Source of the DNA: an uncultured Acidobacteriota bacterium
GTDB lineage: Bacteria; Acidobacteriota; Terriglobia; Acidiferrales; UBA7541
Reading direction: 5' to 3'
Length of the DNA stretch: 64,000 bases
Assembly: GCA_963803515.1 (NCBI GenBank)
Contig: CAWDMQ010000002.1
Coordinates: 78,163-142,162 of the forward strand
A program made the position numbers and the translations under genes. Below, piece by piece: positions 45,696 to 55,309 of this stretch. The notes under the pieces were generated by a model. The model ran no database searches. It had not been told where the DNA came from and saw only the letters and a program-made list of their open reading frames with translations. The stretch's first letter is position 1. The number at the start of each line of letters is the position of its first letter.

Positions 45696-47714
45696 ATGGC
45701 CTCTACGCAGTCAAAACCTACGCATGCAGCCAAGACGGCCCGGCGCGCTATCGATCTGATTGCGGTGCTCGCCATAGCCGCTTACCTGTTGACGAGGATT
45801 TGGCGGCTGGCAGGGAACATACCTCCAAACAACCTGTGGAACCTGTTATTGGCAGTAGCGCTCGCTTACCTGCTTTTCTTTCGGGGATTCCCCTGGGCTC
45901 GCGCGCATTTGCCGTGGAGACTGCGGAACCGTTTAATTGTGGCCTATTTGTTTATAGCCGTGGTGCCGCTGCTGTTGCTTTTCGCCATGGCGATGCTGGC
46001 GGTCTACCTGTTGTACTGGCATTTCGGTGCGTATCTGCTGTACGCGGACATACAAAATCGCGTGCAGGAGGTGAGCGAGACCGCTGAAACCATTGCTGAG
46101 TCGTATGCCATTGAAATTGCTTCGACAGGTACTTCGGTAGCCGCACTGTCCTCGGAAACGCCGCCGCATACAGCGATGTTTTTGGCCGCGGCGCGTGAAG
46201 CTTTACCCGGGCTCAAGATCGAAGTTGGACAGGGTCAAGAGCTGCTGCAAAGGGGCGCAGACAGGCGGCACACGGAATTCGCGGGCTTGGTGCAGATGCA
46301 GGATAACGTGGGCATTTATGCGGTCATGGCGCGACGCCTCGGGGGTGAGCGCCTGATCGTGTCTGTTTCCGTTCCGCTGTCGCCGGAGTTTCTGGCGACT
46401 CTCGAGCCTGGGCTGGGACCCATCCAGATTGACGTGCTGCAAGCGACCAGCCAGTCAAGGCCAGCGGGCGTCGTATACCGGAACGGCGGGCGAGCTTACG
46501 TTCGCAAGGCTCAAATTCAGGCGCCGGATCGCACCCTGCCTGCGAAGGCGCACTGGTTTGATTACAGCGTGACGGGCTATGCGAAACTAACGGCGATCGA
46601 TGCTGACTCGGTCGGAAATGCCTCGGCAGATGTCCCGGTGCTGGCCAGATTTACGACCCGGTCGTCGCTCTTGAGCCATCGGCTATTCACTCTGGTTGGC
46701 GAATGGGCGGGTTTCGCGGTGACGGCGTTTCTCGTGGTCGGCGCAGTTTTTCTGGTGATCGAGCTCGGAGCGCTGGCCGCGGGCATTGGACTGACGCGCA
46801 CCATCACCAACGCGGTGGATGATTTATATAGCGCCACCCTGCGCGTGCGGTCGGGCGACCTCACCCACCGGGTGGAGATCAAGCAGCACGACCAGCTTGG
46901 AGACCTCGCGGAATCGTTCAATTCCATGACTGCTTCGGTTGCAACCCTGATCGAGGAGCATAGCCGCCGCGAGCGGCTCGAGAACGAGCTGCGGATCGCG
47001 CGGGAAGTTCAGGCGCAGCTTTTTCCGAAGGCGCGACCCAAAGTACCGGGAATCGAGGTCGATGCAATTTGCCGGCCCGCGCGGATCGTGAGCGGCGACT
47101 ATTACGATTTCCTGCCGCTCGGGCCCACGCGGCTGGGCATCGCATTGGCGGACATCAGCGGAAAGGGAATATCGGCGGCATTAATCATGGCCAGCCTGCA
47201 GGCCGCCTTGCGCAGCCAGGCAGTGATTGGTGTGCAGGAACCCGGCCACACGGCCGAGGTGGTCACCCGGCTGAACCAGCATCTGTATCACAGCACTTCG
47301 GACGAGAGGTATGCGACGTTGCTTTATGGCATTTATGATGCAGAGGCGCGCACGTTTGAATACACGAATGCAGGACACCCGCCGCCGCTGTATATTTCTG
47401 GAGACAAAACACGGTGGCTCGATACCGGCGGGACCGTGCTCGGGCTGTTCAATGAAACGCATTACGAGCAGGAAACAATTGCGCTGCCTGCGGGCAGCCT
47501 GATCGTGATGTACAGCGACGGCCTCACGGAACCGGAAAATTCGCGTGAGGAAGAATTTGGTAACAAACGGCTGCTGGAAGTGGTGCAGAGCAACCGCGAT
47601 GCTTCGCCGCCCGAAATTGTAAAGGCGTTGGTCAACGCGACCGATCGATGGTCGGGCACCACGGAGCAGTCGGACGATGTAACCATTATTGTCGCGCGTT
47701 TCCGCCCGGCATGA
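45696..47714 (+). CDS. membrane sensor PP2C-type (SpoIIE/RsbU-like) protein phosphatase with a HAMP domain
   Basis: Two TM regions flanking a periplasmic segment of about 280 aa, a HAMP domain (TRTITNAVDDLYSATLRVRSGDLTHRVEIKQHDQLGDLAESFNSM), and PP2C motifs GDYYD, DISGKG, YSDGLTE and DDVTIIV. Confidence 0.85.
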   Translation: MASTQSKPTHAAKTARRAIDLIAVLAIAAYLLTRIWRLAGNIPPNNLWNLLLAVALAYLLFFRGFPWARAHLPWRLRNRLIVAYLFIAVVPLLLLFAMAMLAVYLLYWHFGAYLLYADIQNRVQEVSETAETIAESYAIEIASTGTSVAALSSETPPHTAMFLAAAREALPGLKIEVGQGQELLQRGADRRHTEFAGLVQMQDNVGIYAVMARRLGGERLIVSVSVPLSPEFLATLEPGLGPIQIDVLQATSQSRPAGVVYRNGGRAYVRKAQIQAPDRTLPAKAHWFDYSVTGYAKLTAIDADSVGNASADVPVLARFTTRSSLLSHRLFTLVGEWAGFAVTAFLVVGAVFLVIELGALAAGIGLTRTITNAVDDLYSATLRVRSGDLTHRVEIKQHDQLGDLAESFNSMTASVATLIEEHSRRERLENELRIAREVQAQLFPKARPKVPGIEVDAICRPARIVSGDYYDFLPLGPTRLGIALADISGKGISAALIMASLQAALRSQAVIGVQEPGHTAEVVTRLNQHLYHSTSDERYATLLYGIYDAEARTFEYTNAGHPPPLYISGDKTRWLDTGGTVLGLFNETHYEQETIALPAGSLIVMYSDGLTEPENSREEEFGNKRLLEVVQSNRDASPPEIVKALVNATDRWSGTTEQSDDVTIIVARFRPA

Positions 47715-47849
47715 ACGGTAGCCCCGAAAACAGGCAATAACTTCAGCGCAGCAACTTGATGGCATCAGCGTCGCCATTCATGTGGCGAGCCATTAAACTA
47801 TACACGCCGATTGTGTGGGGTCGAGCACGGCAGGCGAGGGATTCGATCA

Positions 47850-49280
47850 ATGGAAAACGCCTGGAAGCAATGGGAAGGCCAGGTTGTAGAGGGACGATTT
47901 AAGCTGCGGCAGTATCTGGGCGGATCGCAACGTGGCGTGGTATTTCTAACGGAATATGCCGGCGAACCATCCGGAAAAGCGGCGATCAAACTTGTGCTGG
48001 TGGATCCTGGAAACGTCGAACTACAACTATACCGGTGGAAGCAAGCGGCCAAACTGAGGCATCCGTGTTTGATGCGGCTGTTGGAGACGGGGCGATGCCG
48101 GGTCGATAACATGACGCTTCTCTATGCGGTGATGGAATATGCCGAAGAGGACCTGTCGCAAATCCTTCCGCACCGGGCACTTACTTCCGATGAAGCGCGC
48201 GCGATGCTGGCTCCGGCGCTCAACGCTTTGGCTTACATTCACGCGCAGCGATTTGTGCATGGCGGGCTGAAACCGGCGAACATTCTGGCGGTGAACGATC
48301 AAGTAAAACTGTCCAGCGACTCGATTTGCGAGGTCAACGAAACGATTGCGGGGATACGGGGAGCGACAGCATACGACGCGCCAGAAAGGGCCTCTGGCAG
48401 GACCTCTCCCGCCGCAGACATATGGTCGCTTGGCGTCACGCTAACGGAAGCGTTGACGCAGCAACTCCCCACGTGGGACGAGCGACGAGAACCCGTTTTC
48501 CCCGAAGCGTTGCCGAAAGATTTTGTCTTCATTGCGCGCCAGTGTTTACAAAGTGACCCGCTCAAACGGCCCACCGTTGCCAGCATTCAAGAGTCTCTAA
48601 ACGGAAAAGTAGTGCGCGCGGCGGTTGCAGATATACGGGCCGTTCCAGTAGATCCACGGCAGGAAATTCGTCCGCCCAGCATCGCTCGAAAACAGTCGCT
48701 GGCGAAGCGCCGCGCTATTTTTCCGGTGATTGCGGCTATTGTAGGTTTGGTCGTGCTGCTCGGAGCATGGGGGATTCTGCGCCATAGGACTCAGCCTCCG
48801 CAAAGCACGGTCGGGCAAACAGAAGCGCCGCCGGCGGCTTCCGCGCAGCTACCGGAGAAGCCCGATACTGCACCAGGGGAACAAAATACTCGCAAAAACG
48901 AGCAAAATTCCAACGCGATGCCCGCCGTGCAGCCATCTACTCCGGCGGAGCATGCTCGAGGAGAGACCGCGGGCTCCGTTCCTGGTGCGGTGCTGCATGA
49001 ACCATTGCCGGACGTATCCCGCAGCGCGAGGAGCAGCATTCACGGGACACTCCGGATGAGCGTAAAGGTTCATGTTGATGCTGCCGGCCGCGTAAGCAAC
49101 GCTGAATTCGACTCTGCTGGATCAAGCAGATATTTTGCCGATTTAGCGCTCATGACGGCGCGCGAATGGACGTTTCAGCCGGCGAAGATTGGCGGCGAGA
49201 ACGTCCCGAGCGAATGGATCCTGCGATTTGAATTCACGAACCGTGATACTCGCGTAATTCCCATGGAAACGGCGCCCTAA
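47850..49280 (+). CDS. Ser/Thr protein kinase-like protein (predicted pseudokinase) with one TM helix and a C-terminal TonB-C-like domain
   Basis: Hanks-type fold (AAIKLV, Y.APE as AYDAPE), but HGGLKPAN replaces HRDLKPxN and LSSDSI replaces DFG. TM helix IFPVIAAIVGLVVLLGAWGIL. C-terminal TonB-like beta domain (GTLRMSVKVHVDAAGRV...WTFQPA...ILRFEF). Confidence 0.75.
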   Translation: MENAWKQWEGQVVEGRFKLRQYLGGSQRGVVFLTEYAGEPSGKAAIKLVLVDPGNVELQLYRWKQAAKLRHPCLMRLLETGRCRVDNMTLLYAVMEYAEEDLSQILPHRALTSDEARAMLAPALNALAYIHAQRFVHGGLKPANILAVNDQVKLSSDSICEVNETIAGIRGATAYDAPERASGRTSPAADIWSLGVTLTEALTQQLPTWDERREPVFPEALPKDFVFIARQCLQSDPLKRPTVASIQESLNGKVVRAAVADIRAVPVDPRQEIRPPSIARKQSLAKRRAIFPVIAAIVGLVVLLGAWGILRHRTQPPQSTVGQTEAPPAASAQLPEKPDTAPGEQNTRKNEQNSNAMPAVQPSTPAEHARGETAGSVPGAVLHEPLPDVSRSARSSIHGTLRMSVKVHVDAAGRVSNAEFDSAGSSRYFADLALMTAREWTFQPAKIGGENVPSEWILRFEFTNRDTRVIPMETAP

Positions 49281-49422
49281 GTTCTGTGTCCGACCGAAGC
49301 AAGTGGAATGCTGCCGGGGTTCTAATCTGTGAGTGCGTGAATGTGCGCGGTCCTATCAGAATGTCATACGTTGCTGTCACACGCAAAATGCGAAATCTGG
49401 CGGAGGGAGACTTCGTCGCGAG

Positions 49423-49452
49423 GCTTGCGCAAGCTTGCCTCGGCAAGCTTGC
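49423..49452. repeat. overlapping perfect palindromes (GCTTGCGCAAGC; GCAAGCTTGC twice)
   Basis: GCTTGCGCAAGC at 49423-49434; GCAAGCTTGC at 49429-49438 and 49443-49452. About 260 nt upstream of the CDF transporter gene. Confidence 0.6.
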
Positions 49453-49709
49453 TGCGGGTCGCTCGGTAGCGCGCGGTGCTCATCGGCGGCTTCAGGAGAA
49501 TGGCTTGTGGGTGCAAAGACAGCGTCGCGATATTCACTTTCGTAGCGCATCCTCTACGCGGGCGAGCCATGTGTGAAGGCCGAGTAGCGTGTCAAATTCT
49601 CACGGCTGCTGATTGAGTCGGTTGCACTGCGGACGCAAGCTACACTGCGGTGCATCGCGCTGAATAGCGAAATTGACCGACATCAGGCAGAACGATAGAG
49701 TGTACGTTG

Positions 49710-50639
49710 ATGCAAACTAATCGATTAGGGATCATGAAGCGATTTGCCGATCGGGGCATGCAGTCTTCCCGCACGGGTATTTTCGCCAACCTGGTCCTGG
49801 CGATTACGAAATGTTTGGCTGGCCTCTTGGGGCACTCATTCGTATTGGTCGCGGACGGCCTCGAGTCGGTCGCCGACGTCGTGAGTGGGCTGGTCGTCTA
49901 CTTTGGGCTCAAAATTTCCATTAAGCCGCCGGACTCGGACCATCCGTACGGGCACGGGAAAGCCGAACCCATCGCGGCTCTGGTCGTCGGGCTGTCGCTA
50001 GTAGCGGCAGCGGTGGCCATTATTCTGGAAAGCATTCATGGCATTCGTACACCGCACGCTTTGCCCAAAGCATATACGTTGGTCGTGCTTGCGGGCGCGC
50101 TGGTGGCAAAGGAAATTCTTTTTCGGCATGTCGGGGATGTCGCGGACAACATCGGCAGCGTCGCCGTAAGAGGCGATGCCTGGCATCACAGAAGCGATGC
50201 GATTACCTCGGCCTGCGCGTTCGTGGGAATTTCGATTGCGCTGTTGGGAGGATCTGCGGCCGCCGATGATTGGGCCGCGCTCGGAGCCGCAGTTGTGATT
50301 CTTTATAACGCGATGAGACAAATACGGCCGGCGATTCTTGAACTGGCGGATCGGGCGCCGGACCCTAGTCTCGAGACGCGGATCAGGGCCATTGCGCGAA
50401 AAGTACCGAACGTCATTGGCCTGGACAAGTGTTTCGTGCGGAAGATGGGCTTTAGCTTCTATGTTGATTTACATATTGTCGTAAATGGGCAGCTCACGGT
50501 GCGAGAAGGCCACCGGATCGCACATGATGTGGAAGCCGAGGTACTCAACGTGATGCCGCAAATCGCCGAAGTCCTGGTTCACGTCGAACCGGAGGAAGAA
50601 TTAACCAGCAAAGTGCAGGCGGGCGTTCATCAGCTTTGA
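49710..50639 (+). CDS. cation diffusion facilitator (CDF) family metal efflux transporter
   Basis: Six TM helices with ADGLESVADV (TM2) and HHRSDAITS (TM5) metal-site motifs, and a C-terminal cytoplasmic domain ending VLVHVEPE. Confidence 0.85.
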   Translation: MQTNRLGIMKRFADRGMQSSRTGIFANLVLAITKCLAGLLGHSFVLVADGLESVADVVSGLVVYFGLKISIKPPDSDHPYGHGKAEPIAALVVGLSLVAAAVAIILESIHGIRTPHALPKAYTLVVLAGALVAKEILFRHVGDVADNIGSVAVRGDAWHHRSDAITSACAFVGISIALLGGSAAADDWAALGAAVVILYNAMRQIRPAILELADRAPDPSLETRIRAIARKVPNVIGLDKCFVRKMGFSFYVDLHIVVNGQLTVREGHRIAHDVEAEVLNVMPQIAEVLVHVEPEEELTSKVQAGVHQL

Positions 50640-50892
50640 GAAAGCTTTGAGAACTGTCACTGCGCCGGGCTTTTTGGTCGACGGGCGGCATCGTCTAGGA
50701 ACGAACTTGTTCTCACAGTTCTACTGTTACAGCACTGCGCTGCGGCTGATTTGTTGCGTTGCGCGAAAACATCGCGAGTCACATTTCATTTTGCCGATGT
50801 GGCGCTCACGACAAAAGATGGCGACAAATTTGGCCGAGCCTGCAGCACGCTGGCGACGGATTCAGTGACGGAGTCCCGGAAATATCTACAGG

Positions 50893-51288
50893 CTAGAAAG
50901 CAGCGACCGCAGCCTCGGCGACTGCATGGTCCTGATCGCCGGACCCGCCGCTCACTCCCACGGCCCCGACTACTTTTCCTTCGCGCTTCAGGGGTATGCC
51001 ACCGGCGAAAATCATGATCTTTCCGTCATTCGAGGCATGGATGCCAAAGAATTGACCTCCTGATTGGGAATGCGTGGCCAGGTCCTTGGTCGCGATATCA
51101 AATGCCCGCGACGTGTAGGCTTTCTTGATCGAAATATCGATGCTGCCAATCCAAGCTCCGTCCATTCTGACGTGTGCGACCAGGTTTCCACCCGCATCGG
51201 CCACCGCAATATTCATCGGCTGCTTAAGTTCAAGCGCCTTTTTCTCAGCGGCAGCGATTATCCTGCGCGCGTCGTTCAGCGTCACCAT
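50893..51288 (-). CDS. GlcG/HbpS-family (DUF336) haem-binding-like protein, second copy
   Basis: 131 aa with NIAVADAGGNLVAHVRMDGAWIGSIDISIKKAYT...GGIPL...VGAVGVSGGSGDQD. Confidence 0.8.
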   Translation of the reverse strand: MVTLNDARRIIAAAEKKALELKQPMNIAVADAGGNLVAHVRMDGAWIGSIDISIKKAYTSRAFDIATKDLATHSQSGGQFFGIHASNDGKIMIFAGGIPLKREGKVVGAVGVSGGSGDQDHAVAEAAVAAF

Positions 51289-51421
51289 GTCAGTGTCCTC
51301 CTGGGCTGGTTAGTAGCGATTGTGCACCTACAGGCTTGCATAGAAACAGGCGGTTTATCTACTCACTGCCTACACGCTGGGTACGTTTGGGCTGCTCCAA
51401 ACCACCGCTCGCATCGTCAAG

Positions 51422-52246
51422 TTAGAGCTTTTCCGCGCTGATGAGAACATACCCCAACTGACGTTGTTCAACTGCGGCGTGGGCACTTTGCGCCATTTTT
51501 TTAGCGGCCGCGAAGCCCATTCCTGGAAGGTGCAGTTTTTTCAGGCCCACCAGAATTTCCGCTCCGAACAATTTTTTCTGAACCTGCTCGACCATGTCGC
51601 GGAGCGCATCATCGTGTTTTTCAACGTCCACGATGCTCAGGCCGGCTTCGACAAGGAAGCTGGTGTAACCCTCGATGGGTTGGGCATCCGCAATGCACGC
51701 GAGGTGCGCAAGCAATCCTTGCAAGTCTTCACTCAGTACGGAGGTTCGCGTGATATCGCTGATTCCGACGCGCCCTCCAGAACGAAGCGCGCGTGCAAAC
51801 TCGCGGGCCACGGCTGCTTTGTCCGTGAACGTACAGAATGCGCATTCGCAGAAAATGGCATCGAACGCGGCATCATCCACAGGCAGCGATTCCGCATCGG
51901 CGCGCTCAAAACGGACACGCGGGGCAACGCCGCTGGCAGCCGCCAAATCCGCCGCCCTTTGCACATTTTCGCCGCCGTAGTCCAAACCGAGGACCTCGCA
52001 GCCAAACTGCTCGGCCAGAAATATCGCACTGGTGCCTCTTCCGGAGGCCAGGTCGAGAACCCGGCTCTCGGATGTCAGGCCGAGCATTTGGGCTAACCTT
52101 CTCGTCAAATCGACCCCGCCGGGGTGAAATGAATCGCCCAGAAGCAATCTGGCGAGATCGCTCTCGTACAGCTGGGAGCAGCACTGCTTTACAGTGTCAC
52201 CATCCATCGCCGGTGTGGCCGCTTGTGAATTGCCAGAATCAGTCAT
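51422..52246 (-). CDS. class I SAM-dependent methyltransferase
   Basis: SAM motif I VLDLASGRGTSAIFLA, acidic motif II GLDYG, and an N-terminal CC-containing segment (VKQCCSQLYESDLARLLLGDSFHPGG). Its ATG overlaps the stop of the upstream radical SAM gene (4 nt). Confidence 0.8.
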   Translation of the reverse strand: MTDSGNSQAATPAMDGDTVKQCCSQLYESDLARLLLGDSFHPGGVDLTRRLAQMLGLTSESRVLDLASGRGTSAIFLAEQFGCEVLGLDYGGENVQRAADLAAASGVAPRVRFERADAESLPVDDAAFDAIFCECAFCTFTDKAAVAREFARALRSGGRVGISDITRTSVLSEDLQGLLAHLACIADAQPIEGYTSFLVEAGLSIVDVEKHDDALRDMVEQVQKKLFGAEILVGLKKLHLPGMGFAAAKKMAQSAHAAVEQRQLGYVLISAEKL

Positions 52247-53826
52247 CGTGCATCCGCCCGCGGCGCAATTTTAACCGGTGTCTCACCGCTGATTTCACGC
52301 GTCGAATTGAAGCTGAACTGAATGGGCCTGGGCTCGAACCGTTGTCCTTGGGCTTTGGCAAGGCGCCGCTCCGGCTCGAGGGCTTCCAGCTGTGCGCGGG
52401 CCTGTTCGCGATAACCGACGCTGTTATACGCGCAGAACGGAATTTGTTTGCCGCCGGGAAGGAGAAACTCCTTGCAGCATTTCATCAGATTCTTTTGGTT
52501 TAAGGTCCACGGATCCATGAAGTCTTGCAACATGATCATGATCACGTGACCGGCAATGTCGCCCAACGTGACGCTGCCCGGCAGTCCACAGGATTCGCAG
52601 GAGAGCGCCAATTGATCGACGGATTTCTGCGATCCGGCCACGCTGGACGAGGACCATAGGCTTTCGAGCGCGCCCTTGATTTCCCCGCGGAAGTCGGGAA
52701 AAACGCGATTGGTTATGTAGTCGAGGTAATCATAGACGTTCACAATACGCGGTATCGGCGTGATCGTCTCGCCATCAATGAAGGCGTAAGTCACCGAGTT
52801 GCATGTCGGGAAACAGCACGGCACAGGCACAAAGTCTGAAACTCGGAATTTACTTTCCGTTTGCGCTTCGATAAGCCGCAAAATATCCGGGATCGTCATA
52901 CGCGTCATCGGATCGTGCTGCACGTGCCGCCCGGAGTGAAACGCGGGTTGGAAATTAATCCCGCGGACCGCGGGATGCTTGATGGCGAACTCGATGATCT
53001 TTCCAATTTCATGCTCGTTTACACCACGCTCGATGGCCGGCACGAGCGTCACGTTCAAGCCAATTTGCGCCAGCCGGTCGAGTGCGCGCATCTTTTCTTC
53101 CAGAATTTTGGCTTCGCCGCGAAGAATCCGGTAGGTGTTGGCATCGAACCCGTCGAATTGAAAATAAAGCGAGGGGCGCACTTCATTCAGCTCATCCAGG
53201 AAGCGGTCATCTCTGGCGATGCGTTTGCCATTCGTATTGATCATTACCGACCGGATACCGCGGAGCTTTGCCGCTCGAACGAAATCGATGATTTGCGGAT
53301 GAATCGTGGGTTCGCCTCCCGAAAATTGCACGACCTCGGGAGCACCCTCAGTACGCACGAAGTCATCGAGGACTTGTTCTACCTCTTCCATCGAGAGGCT
53401 GAAACCCGGTCCAGCTTCGGAAAAGCACAACGGGCAGTTCATATTGCACGCGCTATTCACTTCAATAATTCCGAGGCATGCGTGCTGCTGATGATCGGGA
53501 CACAATCCGCAGTCGTGCGGGCATCCTTCGTGAATCTCCGTCCCGTATGCGAGGGGAATCGTCCCCGGCTTGTTGTATTTCCCGAATGTCGTATAGGCCT
53601 CCGCGTCGGCGTATACGAGTGCCTCGAAGGGGCCGCAGTCCGGGCAACGCTTCCGCATGTACACTTTGCTGTCGCGGAGCACAATCTGGGCATCAATAAC
53701 TCTCCGGCAGTTCGGACAGATGCTCCTGGTCAGCTCGTAGAAGACGTAGTCAGCGTCTTTTTTTGTGGGCGCGGGATTGGCGCGGCCATTTCCCTTCGCG
53801 GTAATTTCATGGGTCGCCATTCGCAA
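52243..53826 (-). CDS. radical SAM enzyme of the MJ0619 / Tes (GDGT-MAS, tetraether lipid synthase) family
   Basis: N-terminal rubredoxin-like CPNC...CPDC, an auxiliary cluster motif GCPHDCGLCPDHQQHAC, the radical SAM motif CNMNCPLC, then FSGGEPT, INTNG, YFQFDG and RGINFQP blocks. These match my recollection of the archaeal MJ0619-type proteins. Confidence 0.7.
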   Translation of the reverse strand: MRMATHEITAKGNGRANPAPTKKDADYVFYELTRSICPNCRRVIDAQIVLRDSKVYMRKRCPDCGPFEALVYADAEAYTTFGKYNKPGTIPLAYGTEIHEGCPHDCGLCPDHQQHACLGIIEVNSACNMNCPLCFSEAGPGFSLSMEEVEQVLDDFVRTEGAPEVVQFSGGEPTIHPQIIDFVRAAKLRGIRSVMINTNGKRIARDDRFLDELNEVRPSLYFQFDGFDANTYRILRGEAKILEEKMRALDRLAQIGLNVTLVPAIERGVNEHEIGKIIEFAIKHPAVRGINFQPAFHSGRHVQHDPMTRMTIPDILRLIEAQTESKFRVSDFVPVPCCFPTCNSVTYAFIDGETITPIPRIVNVYDYLDYITNRVFPDFRGEIKGALESLWSSSSVAGSQKSVDQLALSCESCGLPGSVTLGDIAGHVIMIMLQDFMDPWTLNQKNLMKCCKEFLLPGGKQIPFCAYNSVGYREQARAQLEALEPERRLAKAQGQRFEPRPIQFSFNSTREISGETPVKIAPRADAR

Positions 53827-54916
53827 CCGCCTTTCGTGATCTCGATCCGCGTACGATTTCCGAGAGGCCTCGTATAACTTTGCCGGATATCCCTGAGAGT
53901 TGTGCTTCGACGGCCGCCTCGGTCAATACTAGCTGGACTCCCGATGAATAGGTGGGATATGCGTGAATCGTTCCGGCAAGGTCCCTGACGGTCATTTTGC
54001 GATTCATGGCCAGGGCCAGTTCCGTAATCGCCTCACCGGCACGGCTGGCAACGATGGTCGCGCCCAAGATCGTGCCCTGGCGCTTGCTCATAATCTTAAT
54101 AAAACCTTCGCGGTCGTCATCGCACACGGCGTCTCCTGCCGCAGGCTACGAGCAACAAATCGCCACGCGTCTCTTCATTCGAGGTGGATACGACCGTGCA
54201 CGCGCCATCGCGCCGGCATTCTTTAGCTCGCCCCACAAAAAGCGAATTCCCTCGCCCTCAAGGACCTTGCGCATAAGTTCGCGCACATCGGTGTCTTCTT
54301 TGGACAGCAGACGGTCAGCAACGACTGTAACGCGGGCCCCGAGCCGCTGATACGCCTGCGCAATTTCCAGTCCCACCGGGCCTCCGCCGACCACAATCAT
54401 CGATTCAGGGAGGCGATCGTTGTCGAAAATATCCTGGTAAGTCGAAAACGCAATTTCGGAGATACCCACAATCGGCGGAAGGATTGGCCGCGCGCCTGTG
54501 GCGATAAGGAATTTTTTCGAGCGAAGCGTCTGCTCGCCCATCCGAACCGTCCAAGCGTCGAGAAAACGAGTGGGGCCGATAAAAACATCCATGCCCTTCA
54601 CTTTGAGTGCCTCGGGCGTTGTTCCCGCGTATACCTGCTGAATTTTGCTGCGAAGGCAGGCCCGCACTTCGCTCATGTTAATTACGGGTGGGCTCGACTG
54701 GATGCCGTAAGTGGAGGCCAAACGGACCTCGTGCGCGATCTTCGCCACCTTCAACAAGGCCTTGCTGGGAATGCACCCGGTCCAGGTGCAATCGCCGCCG
54801 ATGCGGTCCTTTTCAAGGGGTGCCACGCGCGCGCCAAGCTGAACCGCGAATTCCGCCGCGATCAGACCTGCTGCTCCAGCGCCGATGATAATGAAGTCAT
54901 ACTGTTTGTCGGCCAT
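53807..54916 (-). pseudogene. pyridine nucleotide-disulfide oxidoreductase (dihydrolipoamide dehydrogenase/mercuric reductase-like) remnant with an internal deletion and a frame break
   Basis: ORF 54146-54916 carries the FAD motif FIIIGAGAAGL, the redox-active GGDCTWTGCIPSK and the NAD motif VVGGGPVGLE, then runs out of frame. ORF 53807-54127 encodes only the C-terminal dimerisation domain (GFIKI...HAYPTYS). Roughly 100 residues of the central/NAD domain are missing relative to the usual length of about 460-480 aa. Confidence 0.7.
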
Positions 54917-55309
54917 TCGTTACAATCTCAAGTGGAAACGGGCCGTCTCACTTCCGATTGCGAGTCTCTATCGAGCAAGCCTGCGGGAGAGCGCGAGGAC
55001 TTGCTATGCGCTCGCCCTCTGCTTCAATACTGAGCTCCATGCTCAGGATCCTGCGGCGATGTCTGTGACGCGAATGGTCTTTGCGGCTTTGTACGGAGTG
55101 CAAGATTTCACCTGCGGCCCAGCGGATCGTTCATGTTTTGTCTGGCCGTCTTAATTCAAAGCTTCTTTGGCTGCACGTCGCGATGTAGCATCGTATCTGC
55201 CGTGGCGACCAGCCGGCCTGAGGTAAGGAGTATTCCCGGCCGCGCGGCTCATTGACGGAGATCGAAGAAGCAAAGTAGTCTACGCACAATGATGGGTTAA
55301 GGATCTAGC

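Noticed and set aside
49286-49576. Small ORFs on both strands (96 aa plus strand, 68 aa minus strand) in the gap before the CDF gene.
   Set aside because: Neither has recognisable motifs or start signals, and they overlap the palindrome cluster. The evidence is insufficient to call a gene.
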